The notes under the pieces are model-generated. The model was not told the origin of the DNA. It was given only the letters and a program-made list of their open reading frames with translations, and did not search any database. DNA of 64,000 nucleotides from Balamuthia mandrillaris. Lineage: Eukaryota. The DNA is taken from contig JAVKOQ020000067.1 of the NCBI GenBank assembly GCA_031835245.2, positions 1-64,000 of the forward strand. The letters run 5' to 3'. Positions 50,710-64,000 of the stretch are shown here, piece after piece (the stretch's first letter is position 1; the number at the start of each line of letters is the position of its first letter). The translations under genes were made by a program, and so were the position numbers.

Positions 50710-53484
50710 TTAACTGCTGCTGCTGTTGTTGTTGGGTACAACATTAGTGGCAGTGGCAGCAGCACCAGTATTGGTGGCTGCACAGTGGCTACGCTCCAAC
50801 TCGATGAATGCATGAACATCTGCTAACAAGAAAGGACGAGTGGTACTGATCTTCACTGAAAATGTCCAACGAGGATCTTCCCGTTTGGAGCGGAGGAACT
50901 TCTTCAGGTATGCAACAGTAAGCTTGGATCCAGAAGGTAGAAAGTTAATGTGATGTAAATAGTCCACCACATCTTTCTCTGCTTCTTGAGCTTTCTGCCA
51001 TTAGAAGCAATCCATTGCAAAGCTGAACAAGAAGGTTGCATCCCATTATTATTGTCCTTCCACAGGCGATTCAGCAGGCTGAAAAGTCTTTCACCTGAGC
51101 GATTGGTTCCACGGATATATTTCGCTTGTGGTGGTGGTGACAGTGACGGTGACAGCTGCGGTGACGGTGACGGTGACGGTGACGGTGACGGTGACGGTGA
51201 CGGACGGTGACGGGACGGACGGTGACGGCGGTATGACGGTGATGGTGACGGACGGTGACGGTGACGGTGACGGTGATGGTGATGGTGACGGTGATGGTGA
51301 CGGTCGACGGTGACGGTGACGGTGACGGTGACGGTGACGGTGACGGTGACGGTGACGGTGACGGTGATGGTGACGGTGACGGCAATGGTGACAGTGACAG
51401 TGGCAGCGGTAGTGGCAGTGGCGAAGTTGGCAACTGCTTGTTGAGCTGTTGTTGTGATGGCTGTTGTTGCTTGTATAACTGCTGCTGAGAAGGTATGGTG
51501 TTGTCCTCTTCTTCTCCTTTCAATGCTTCTTTTTCTTCCAATGACAACAAGGATTGGTTGTATTTGGAAAGAAGCATATGAGCACAGTCACACCAATCTT
51601 GAGCCAAGTAAAACGCCAGGACGTCGTGTGGCATTCCACTACTACCCATTCCATTTGTTTTGCTGTTGCTGCTCACATAGGGCTCTATGAGTGACCACAG
51701 AACATTCAAGTTAGTAGCCAACTGTTTTGGACTTTGTTTGAAGCGCACAATATCTTGAAAGAAAGCTTGAAGGTGGGCAACATAAGTTTCCCTTTTCTTT
51801 ACCTGATTACCAACTGCCATTAATTGCTTCAGCCACCTCAAGCCCCACGTCATGACATGAAGAACTCTGGTAACAAGGGGGTTTGAAAGTACTTGGAACA
51901 AAAGCTTGGCCGTTTCTGCGTCTGTATCTTGGCTATGTAGCTTAAAGAACTCCAACAAAGCATCATGATGTTCCAAAACTACACCTGCCATTCGCTCAAA
52001 AGAAACATACCTTGTCTCCGTTACCCGTGGAATAGATATGTGAGGATCCTTGTTGGAAGCAGAGGAGCCATCAGTGGTTTGTTGTCGTTGTTTTCTCTCT
52101 TGAACCAGTCCTTGAAAACTGCTTTTCCATGGAAACATGCAAAGGCGTTTAGATAACACTTTTAAAAAAGTACTAACCGAGTTCATATGATTTGGCAGAT
52201 GACATTGACAGCTGGAGCATGGTACCATTGGCATGCCATTACCGTTGTTGATGACAGTCTGACTGTTACAAACAGATAGTCCTGAGCATTTCGTCCAAAG
52301 AGCCAGTCGCTGTTCCATCTTTTCCAAGAAACGCTGAGAGATCAAGGAGGCTATGTGGTCATTGTAGCCTTTGATTTCCAATTCTGTTGGAGGGTAAGAA
52401 CCAGCCCCATGTTCCTTCTGCCACGCTTCCACTCGCTTTTTCCGCAACAACACACCAAGGTGTTAGAAAGGGCGAATAACATGAACAGATGGGGCCAAAA
52501 CGTATTATTCAAGAGGGAACAAAGGAACAAAGAGTGTCAGGAGAGAAAGGTGTGGTGTGAACTAAACAAAACTAACTAACTAAAAGAAAGAGAGAAGGAA
52601 GCAACGGAATAAAAGGAAGAAGCCTAGCGATGTGGCAACAGGCGATTGGTCCACGTCAAGGATGTCGACAGGAAGAAAAGGAAAGGAAAGGGGCAACAGA
52701 ACTAATATGTTGAGAGTAATTCTCAACAAAGGCCACCGATAATACCCGTGTTGGTGGAGGTCAAGTCGAACACTATCTGTTGGAAATGATAGAGCTTGGT
52801 GATGTTAGCTTCACTAATACCTTGTGCTCTTTGCTTCGCCTGAGTGTCCGATAGACACTCCTCAATAAGGTCGCAAAGCTGTTGTGCAGTGTGACCAAGA
52901 ACTTCTTTTACCACCACGGGTCAACTAACTTCGGTGGCAACAGGCTCTACTGCTGTCTTGGCCCGCTGGGTGGTGGTGGAAACTGGTTCCTCACAGAATC
53001 CTCCGAACTTCACCTCCACAAAGCTTCTACCATCCACTTTGGAAGACTCGTCCACACCGACAAACAGCTCCTTCAACTTCAGAAGTTCAGAAGCCATCGC
53101 ATAATCCACCGCCAGGCCTGCTTCCACGACTGCTCGGTTGACCGAGTCTTTGGAAAAAGCCTTCTTTGGAGGAGGCAACCTGAACTGGATAACTTTGGGA
53201 ATGGCAGAAGCCGAAACCAAGTTCCGACGGAGCTGTGCGCATGCGATCCGTTCCTGTAGGGTTAGATAGCGCGGGTTTTTCTCTCCAGACAACGCCTTTT
53301 CTCTCTCTCTTTCTCGTCTCTTTTCTTCTATTTTTTTTTGTTTTTGTTTTGCAACGTACTTATTTTTTCTTGCCTTGTACTCTGGCTGATTGCTAGCACA
53401 ACTTCGGCAATGTTTTTTCGTAGCCAACAGCTTACCACACTTGGCACAAGGCTGTCGCGGCTTTCTTTGTCTTTTGTTTCTCAT
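50710..53484 (-). pseudogene. hAT-type transposase, interrupted
   Basis: N-terminal CAKC..HCRSC zinc motif, FVGVDESS, VFDLTSTNTG, CQCHLPN, TETRYVS and TNRSGERLFS (hAT D, D, CxxH, TRW.S and ERxFS motifs). In-frame TGA stops at 52921 and 52723, and a frame shift across a hexamer repeat. Confidence 0.75.
51128..51420. repeat. (GGTGAC)n hexamer repeat inside the hAT transposase
   Basis: Directly visible; encodes (PS)n on the minus strand. Confidence 0.95.
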
Positions 53485-53755
53485 TGTCGTTGCTTTTCTT
53501 TTCTTTTCTTTTCTGTAAAATGATTTGTTGTTCGTTATCGTACTGAGAACCTGAAGAATTTCTGCACTAGACGTTAGATCTTTTTCGTCGACTTTCCTTT
53601 TCTGTACCCGATCACCTCAGATCAAGATTGAATTTCATCAGCCAATCAGCGTCATTGCTCCGCTTTGCCCCCCCCTACTTTGGTCTTGCGCTAAAACAGA
53701 TTTCCCCATGGACGTCCTCGTCTCTCGCCCTATGGCAGCTCGAAATTTTCAGCGA

Positions 53756-53827
53756 GGTTCCGTGGTGCAACGGTAGCACGTGAGCCTAACACGCTCAAGG
53801 TCGCGAGATCAACACTCGCCGGAACCA
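53756..53827 (+). tRNA. tRNA-Val (anticodon AAC)
   Basis: GGTTCCGTGGTGCAACGGTAGCACGTGAGCCTAACACGCTCAAGGTCGCGAGATCAACACTCGCCGGAACCA followed by TTTTTT; complete cloverleaf. Confidence 0.85.
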
Positions 53828-53940
53828 TTTTTTGTTATTTTTGATAGAATTAATATAGTGGCAAAATTTTATTATAACTTTTCGATAGAAAAGTTTTTTT
53901 GTTGTGATTATTTGCTCAGAGAGGAGAATAATTGTTTATT

Positions 53941-55055
53941 TTACTCTTCCTTTTGTTCTTCGCTGCTGCTTTTTTCTTTCTTTGCTTTCTTCTCTTTCTT
54001 TTTCCTCTTATCTTTCTTCTCCTCGCCGCCCTCCTTCTCGTCTTGCTTCTTTTCCTCCTTCTCTCCATCTTCTTCTTCTGCCTCCTCCCTTTCTCTCTCT
54101 GCCTCTTCCTCCTCTTCCAGCTTTGTTATAGCGGCAATGTACTCATCCGCATCGAAGCAAAACTCGTCATCCCCGCCAAACTCCTTTCTCAGGTCCTTCA
54201 AGTCAAAGTACTGCTCCATCATTTTGCGCCGCTCGCTCTCCCCGCTCGGCATAAACTGAACCTTCTTCAACGTCGTTCGGTCGATCCAGGGCGCGACGAG
54301 CTTCCAGAAGGCGCGAAAGACGAATGGAGCATCGTAGAGAAAGAGAACGCCCAAACGCTCCGGATAGTGGTTGGCCAGAATGGAGATCAACTCCCGAGCA
54401 AAACCTACTTCTCCTGTTTTTTTGTTTGTTTGGTTGGTTTTGTTGTTTTGAAGCAAGAAAGGGGAATGAAGAAACACAAAGGCAGAAGAAAGAAGAATGA
54501 GGAAGAAGACATGAAGAAGGAAGGAAGAAGCAACCGTTATGTTTGTAGCTGTATCCTTTGCAAGCCACTAACCAGATCATCTTCTCAACTCCATTCTCTT
54601 CATCCATGTGCTTTTTTATTAGCATAACAAAGGATAAGAGCAAGAAGAACAAGAACAAGAACAAGAAGAAGAAAAACTAGAACAAGAAGAACTAGAAGCA
54701 TAACAAGAACCAGAAGAAGAAGAAGCATGAAAAAGAAGAAGAAGAAGAAGAAGAAGAAGAAGAAGAAGAAGAAGAAGAACAAGAAGAAGAACAAGAAGAA
54801 GAACAAGAAGAAGAAGAACAAGAACAAGATCAAACCCGAATGGCATTCTCCTGAGCGTGAATCATAAACTTGAACTTTTGTTCCGTAGAGTGAGGGTCAT
54901 GGTCGGTGTTGACCTTCACGTAAAGGGCGGGGCGTCCAAACTTGTCGTGCTTATAGTGGTACAGTTGGCCTCTTCGAATGTTGCTCTCCACCTCTTTGGC
55001 TTTGATCTTATGTGGCTTGTATTCTTCTCTCCACTTTTGTTTTTGTTGAAAGAAG

Positions 55056-55099
<44 letters not shown>

Positions 55100-55679
55100 G
55101 AGAGAGAGAGAGCAAGCGGGTAACGGTGAGAAAAAAAATAAAGAAAAAGAAAGAAAGAAGAGTAAACCGGAAAGAACGATGAAGAACAAAAGCAGAAAGA
55201 ACTGAGGAAACGAACCCAAAAAAAAAAAAGAAAGAAGAGAACGAAATAAAAACAAGATAAAAAAAAACTATAAAAGAAAATAGAAAAAAAAAACAAAAAA
55301 AAAACATAAAGAAGTAAACCCCATCCACCTGAAGAGTGTTGGCCAACATGTCTTTGGCGTCCGCAAATTTCCAGTTCCTGGCGCGAAGGTACCTATATAA
55401 CAGGCTGTCCGTCACCCACTTTTGTTGCGCTTTCGTCATTTCGATCTCCTCCTTTTATGTGTTATGTTACAAGCAAAGATTACAATCCCGTTTTTTAAAA
55501 AAATAACGAAAAAAAATAATCGAACGGACCTCAACAAACTTTCGGAACTCGTCAATCTTTTGTCGGCGTTCCTCATCCAAGAGTTGCAAAGGAGGTTCGT
55601 CTCCCGGAACATGGTACTGCTCCAGCTTGCTTTTGTCGTTGCTCTCCGATGAAGAGGTTTCGGTGGTTTGCTTTTTCAT
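53941..55679 (-). CDS. CRAL-TRIO/Sec14-family lipid-binding protein (PDR16/RsC5-like)
   Basis: TDSLLYRYLRARNWK..AKDMLANTL|KWREEYKP, DKFGRPALYV, ILANHYPERLGVLFLYDAPFVFRAFWKLVAPWIDRTTLKKV; acidic tail. Confidence 0.9.
54640..54830. repeat. Intronic (GAA)/(GAACAA) microsatellite
   Basis: Directly visible. Confidence 0.9.
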
Positions 55680-56164
55680 TCCTTATTGTATCGGAAGAAA
55701 GCAAACAGATCAAAAAAAAAAAAAACGGGGACGAGAAGAAAAGGAAGACGAAGAAGAAGAGGAGGAAGGAGAAGCGTTTGGTACTTCTGTTCAACAAAAA
55801 AAAGCGAATGAAAAAGTAATTTAGGCGACCAAAAGTTATTAAAGAATAAATAAAGTTTTACCAATCTACCAATAATTATCTCTTTATATCAACACAATCG
55901 AATATTATGAATCGATTGATCAGATTATCGACTTTCACAAAAAATTTCGAGAATTATCATGGCTTTGAACTAAAATGGTAAAATATTTACGTCGACACCC
56001 TTAAAATGGTAATTTCAGATAGATTAAACCCCAAAAATTCCAATTAATGGATTGTTTTAGAGCTAAATTAAACAAAAAGAGGAAAAGTCAGACGTCAACG
56101 AACCAAGGCCCTCTTCTTCCATCCTATCCGATCCGACAGAAGAACAACAGCAAAGAGAGAAAGA

Positions 56165-60305
<4,141 letters not shown>

Positions 60306-60349
60306 AGCAAAAAAAATAAAACAAAAGAACGGCAAACCTTGCAAACAGA

Positions 60350-61814
60350 TTACTGAAGAGGAGAGAACGGGGTTGGAAGTATGAGTTTGGTCTCTTCTTC
60401 CACGATGTAAGGCAGCACATGTTTCAGCAGCAGGCGAAATTCTTTGTTGTCGCGTGTGGTAAGCTGCTCTAACTGCATTTGGTCAAAGTCTTCGAACTGG
60501 TGAAGAAGCACCAGGCGATAGATCTTTCCTATCTGACTGGCCCACGCTCCCACTGGGTTGGTCATTTCTGTCGCGCGCAGCAGGCTAGCCAGGTTTATTT
60601 TGTTACAAGCATGAAACAAAACAAAACAAAGAGAAAGAAAAGACTTACTATTCGATGATCTCGTTGGGGATTTCAGCTCGAACCTTTTGGACGGTGAGCT
60701 CATACACGGAGCGAGGAGGAGGAGGCGAGGCGGTAGTGTCCCGAGCAAGAGGAGCCTTGAGCGCTATGGAAAGCGGCTCCAGCAGCATGTTCTCCTGTTT
60801 TTGGAGCATGGGCCTCATCTTGGCCATGTAGTTTTCGTTCCAGGTGACGTCCTTGCCCAATGCCTCTCGCACTCGTTGTCTGTGGGAAAGGTCTATGCTC
60901 CATTGTTACCATTTACTTACAAGAAGAAGGAGGAGAAAGCAAAGCAGAAGAAGAAGAAGAAGAAGAAGAAGAAGAAGAAGAAGAAGAAGAAGAAGAAGAA
61001 GAAGAAGAAGAAGAAGAAGAACAAGAAGAAGAAGAAGAAGAAGAAGAAGAAGCAGAAGCAGAAGAAGCAGAAGCAGAAGAAGCAGAAGCAGAAGAAGCAG
61101 AAGCAGAAGAAGCAGAAGCAGAAGAACAAGAACATGAAAAAGAAGAAAAAGAAGAAGAACATGAACATGAACATGAAGAAGAAGAAGAAGAAGAAGAAGA
61201 AGAAGAAGAACAAGAAGAAGAGCAAAAGAAGAAGCAGAAGAAGCAGAAGCAGAAGCAGAAGCAGAAGAAGAACAATAACAAGAAGAAGAAGAAACATACT
61301 ATTGTACTCCCATAAATGAACTACCTCCTACATCAGAGAATTTATGTTAGAGAAAGTTAGGAGGGAGGTGAGAGCGGAAGAGAAGAGAGGAGGGGAAGAA
61401 GAAGAGAAAACAAAAGCCACGAACATTAATGCCACCGATTTCGGTGGTGAAGTAGCCAACAAGTTTCGAGTGAGACATTCTCAGCCCGATCTGTTCGTTG
61501 GTGAGGGCAAGGAAGGACGGGTAGTCCTTTGGGTTCAGGGTGTACGTCCTCAGCTCGTACACCGATGGGGGCTGCTCCTCCTGTCCAACCTCCTGTTCGG
61601 GAAGGCGGCCTTCCCCTGCCTGGTGTTGTTGTTGTTGATCATCAAAGCGGCAAAAGCCAGAAAACGACAGCTCCCTTCTTCCTCCGTCGCCCAGGGTTGC
61701 TCCTCTCCTGGCCGACCACACGCCACCCTTGCGCAATGGGCCAACACTGCGCTGGGCACCACGCAGAGCAAACGAAGAAGACCAAGAGAGCAGCGTTGTT
61801 GCGTTGCTCCTCAT
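60350..61814 (-). CDS. NIPSNAP: NIPSNAP-family protein (probable mitochondrial presequence), multi-exon
   Basis: VYELRTYTLNPK, SKLVGYFTTEIGGIN|EVVHLWEY, RVREALGKD..W, VGAWASQIG, C-terminal LILPTPFSPLQ. Confidence 0.85.
60945..61295. repeat. Intronic (GAA)n/(GCAGAA)n microsatellite
   Basis: Directly visible. Confidence 0.95.
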
Positions 61815-61844
61815 CTTTCTTTCTTTTTTTTTTTGTTTTTGCCT

Positions 61845-62040
61845 CCAGTTCGAATCCCACCGAGCACAATTTTTCCAATTTTTTTTTGTAGAAGCAACGT
61901 TGCCAAGTTCGAAGCCCACCAAGTGCAACTTTCCTAAATTTTTGGTGGAAGCAACCCTTCCCAAGTTCGAAGCCCACCAAGCGCAATTTTTTTGAAATGT
62001 TACAACAGTTCGAATCCCGGCACCTGCAACGTTTTTAAAG
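61845..62040 (+). promoter_or_regulatory. Four repeated B-box-like motifs AGTTCGAA(T/G)CCC, each followed by a T-run
   Basis: Motifs start at 61847, 61906, 61964 and 62007, between the divergent NIPSNAP and F-box/ankyrin genes. Confidence 0.5.
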
Positions 62041-62128
62041 GTAAAACAAGAAGCAAAAGAAGAGAGACCGAAGCACACAGCAACGATGTGGGACGCCTCG
62101 GCAAAACGACGAAAGCAGCAGGACCAAG

Positions 62129-63462
62129 ATGGAGAAAAAGAGGCTTACCAACAGCAAGAGGGTAGCAAAAAACAAAAACTGGCAGTGTGTAAGGCACGTA
62201 CTCTTCCTTTTTTTTTTTCAAGTGACCTGACCTGACCATCTTTTCATTCACTTGGGAAGGACTCGGCTTGTTTGGTGGAAGAACGCATCCCCGACGAAGT
62301 GCTGTGCCACATATTGGGCATGTTACCTGAATCCATGGTTGCGATTGCGGCCAGGACCTGCCGCCGCTGGTTTGCTTGCACTTTGCCATCCCTCAGGCTG
62401 AAACTCTCTGTTCGGGTGATGTGCAGCAGGTTGGAGCTGTTGCAATGGGCTGTGAGGAATGGATATACCATGGACAAGGCAACCTGTTACTCGTCAGCAG
62501 CACAGGGTCAGTTTGAAGTGCTGAAATGGGCACTTGAGAACGGGTGTCCTTGGGACAAGTTCGCTTTCTGGTGGGCAGCACACAGGGGGTACCTAGACAT
62601 GGTGAAGTGGTTATTTGCCAACCATTATACTGAGAAGAAGGACATCGAAGTGCACAGCACACACTTGGAAGTGCTTGACTGGGCTCATGAACATGGCTTC
62701 CTGTTGAGCCCTGCCTCCTTCTATTCAGCAGCGGAAGGGGGATTGATGGAGGTGATGCTATGGGGATTGGACCATGGCCATGTTTGGGACCCGGAAACGA
62801 GCGCCCACGCGGCAAGTGGTGGCCAGCTGGAGATGTTGAAGTGGGCCAGAAAGAAAGGATATCCATGGGATGAGGAAAGTTGCTGGGCAGCTGCAACGTG
62901 CGGCCATTTAGAGGTATTGAAATGGTTACGGGAGAACGGCTGCCCTTGGGATAAGAATACTTGCGAGGGAGCGGCTGAGAGTGGGCATTTGGGAGTGTTA
63001 AAATGGGCTCGAGAAAATGGGTGCCCTTGGGACCTTTACACTGGCAACTCAGCAGCCGCGATGGGCCATCTGGAAGTGCTTAAGTGGGCTCATGAACACG
63101 GATGCCCTTGGAATGAGAGGACGTGTGCTGTTGCAGCCTCTCACGGCCACTTGGGATTGCTACAATGGGCAAGAGAGAATGGTTGCCCTTGGGACGAACA
63201 GACGTGCAGCTTAACCGCCCGCTCTGGTCGGCTAAAGGTATTGCAATGGGCGAGAGAGAATGGCTGTCCATGGGACGAGAGCACTTGCGCACAAGCAGCA
63301 GCAACTGGTCAACTGGTCGTGCTGCAATGGGCAAGAGAGAATGGCTGTCCTTGGGATGAACGCACATGCGCTGCGGCAGCCAAGAACGGACATCTGAAAG
63401 TGTTAGAGTGGGCTCGTGAACATGGCTGTCCTGTGCCTGATGATCTTTCTCTTTCAACGTAA
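62129..63462 (+). CDS. F-box + ankyrin-like repeat protein (GCPWD-type repeats)
   Basis: Predicted exon 62129-62188 (GTAAG donor) splices in frame to 62260. F-box IPDEVLCHILGML...ARTCRRW, then many AA..GHLEVLKWARENGCPWDE.TC repeats. Confidence 0.85.
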
Positions 63463-63480
63463 ATAAATAACAACATAATC

Positions 63481-64000
63481 TCAAGAAAGAGGAGAGAAAG
63501 GCCAGAGTCCACGTTTTTCCGATGGCGCAGTGTTGAAATGGTGCCCACGTTCGTCGTGAAGACGACACAGAAACTTGTCCAACGAGGCAAAATAGTCCTC
63601 TTGCCCAAAGAGCTTCAACGATTGTCCCACCTTTCTTAAACGTATGTCATGACCTTTGTAACATTGGTCTGTTTTCAAACGTGTTAGCTAGGAGTAACCA
63701 CACAAAGACCAAAAGAAAGAAAACCTTTATCTGTTGTTTCAATAAACTCGTTTTTCTGAATATCCCACCCCCAGGACCGAACAAGCAGTTCCACTCCGCG
63801 TCTATAACTCGCCATATAAGCTTCGTCCTCCTGCAACTCGGCCACGTCCCCTGCATAAACGGTGTACGCGTAACCGTAACTGCTGTCCAGTTCAATCGGA
63901 AACATCCACCTTTTGTTTGATTTTACAAAAAAATGTTACTCATCTGGTATGGATGGATCAGAACAACGTTATAGGCCGCGCAAGAGATGTACCAATCAAA
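63481..64000 (-). CDS. Hypothetical protein, 3' part (FDWWMFP motif; possibly OGFr-N-like)
   Basis: Spliced reading gives FDW|WMFPIELDSSYG.AYTV...SYRRGVELL..SWGWD...HDIRLRKVGQSLKLFG. The resemblance to the opioid-growth-factor-receptor conserved region is loose. The 5' end lies outside the window. Confidence 0.4.

Larger units (their letters stand above)
49939..53667 (-). mobile_element. hAT-superfamily DNA transposon (degenerate)
   Basis: TIRs TAAAGCGGACCAAT / (rc) CAAAGCGGAGCAAT fit the hAT YARNG start. The 8-bp TSD is ACCCCCCC (49931-49938) / CCCCCCCC (53668-53675). The empty site TCTT-ACCCCACC-TACTTTG is seen upstream of paralog copy 2. Confidence 0.85.

Noticed and set aside
51128..51420. 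Telomere-like or collagen-like repeat
   Set aside because: It is an internal GGTGAC hexamer expansion within the hAT transposase, not a TTAGGG-type array or a Gly-X-Y gene.
61845..62040. CRISPR array or intact tRNA genes
   Set aside because: Spacers are partly repeated and T-rich, there are no cas genes, the context is eukaryotic, and no cloverleaf or A-box is present.

Overview
Gene-dense, intron-rich eukaryotic DNA. The introns are short, GT-AG, and often filled with sense-strand pyrimidine microsatellites such as (CT)n, (TTTC)n and (TTCTTG)n. This style suggests a free-living amoeba (Amoebozoa, Balamuthia/Acanthamoeba-like); that assignment is inference only. The window holds about 20 host genes: an SH3-Rac GTPase fusion, MetAP2, a TPR-SET/MYND protein, dynein light intermediate chain, COMMD2, GST, a Dbf4-like protein, NDC80, a PAQR, an SLC35F, an LRR-pseudokinase, an STE kinase-PX protein, CK1, DENR, a CRAL-TRIO protein, an SLC13/TrkA-C transporter, NIPSNAP and an F-box/ankyrin protein. 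It also holds two identical tRNA-Val(AAC) genes. Three accessory features stand out. (1) A ~4.4-kb candidate DNA transposon (11891-16335) encodes a RAG1/Transib-like DDE transposase and a convergent unknown gene whose stop codon abuts the transposase's inferred stop. It is bounded by non-CAC, asymmetric bipartite inverted ends with a near-perfect 5-bp flanking duplication. (2) Three intronless paralogs encode a membrane-anchored CBM35-like + PL3 pectate-lyase-like + GT8 glycosyltransferase fusion; one copy is mosaic and frameshifted. (3) A decayed hAT transposon (49939-53667, 8-bp TSD) is inserted just upstream of that third copy. All product calls come from motif recognition by eye; no database searches were run, and exon boundaries are approximate.
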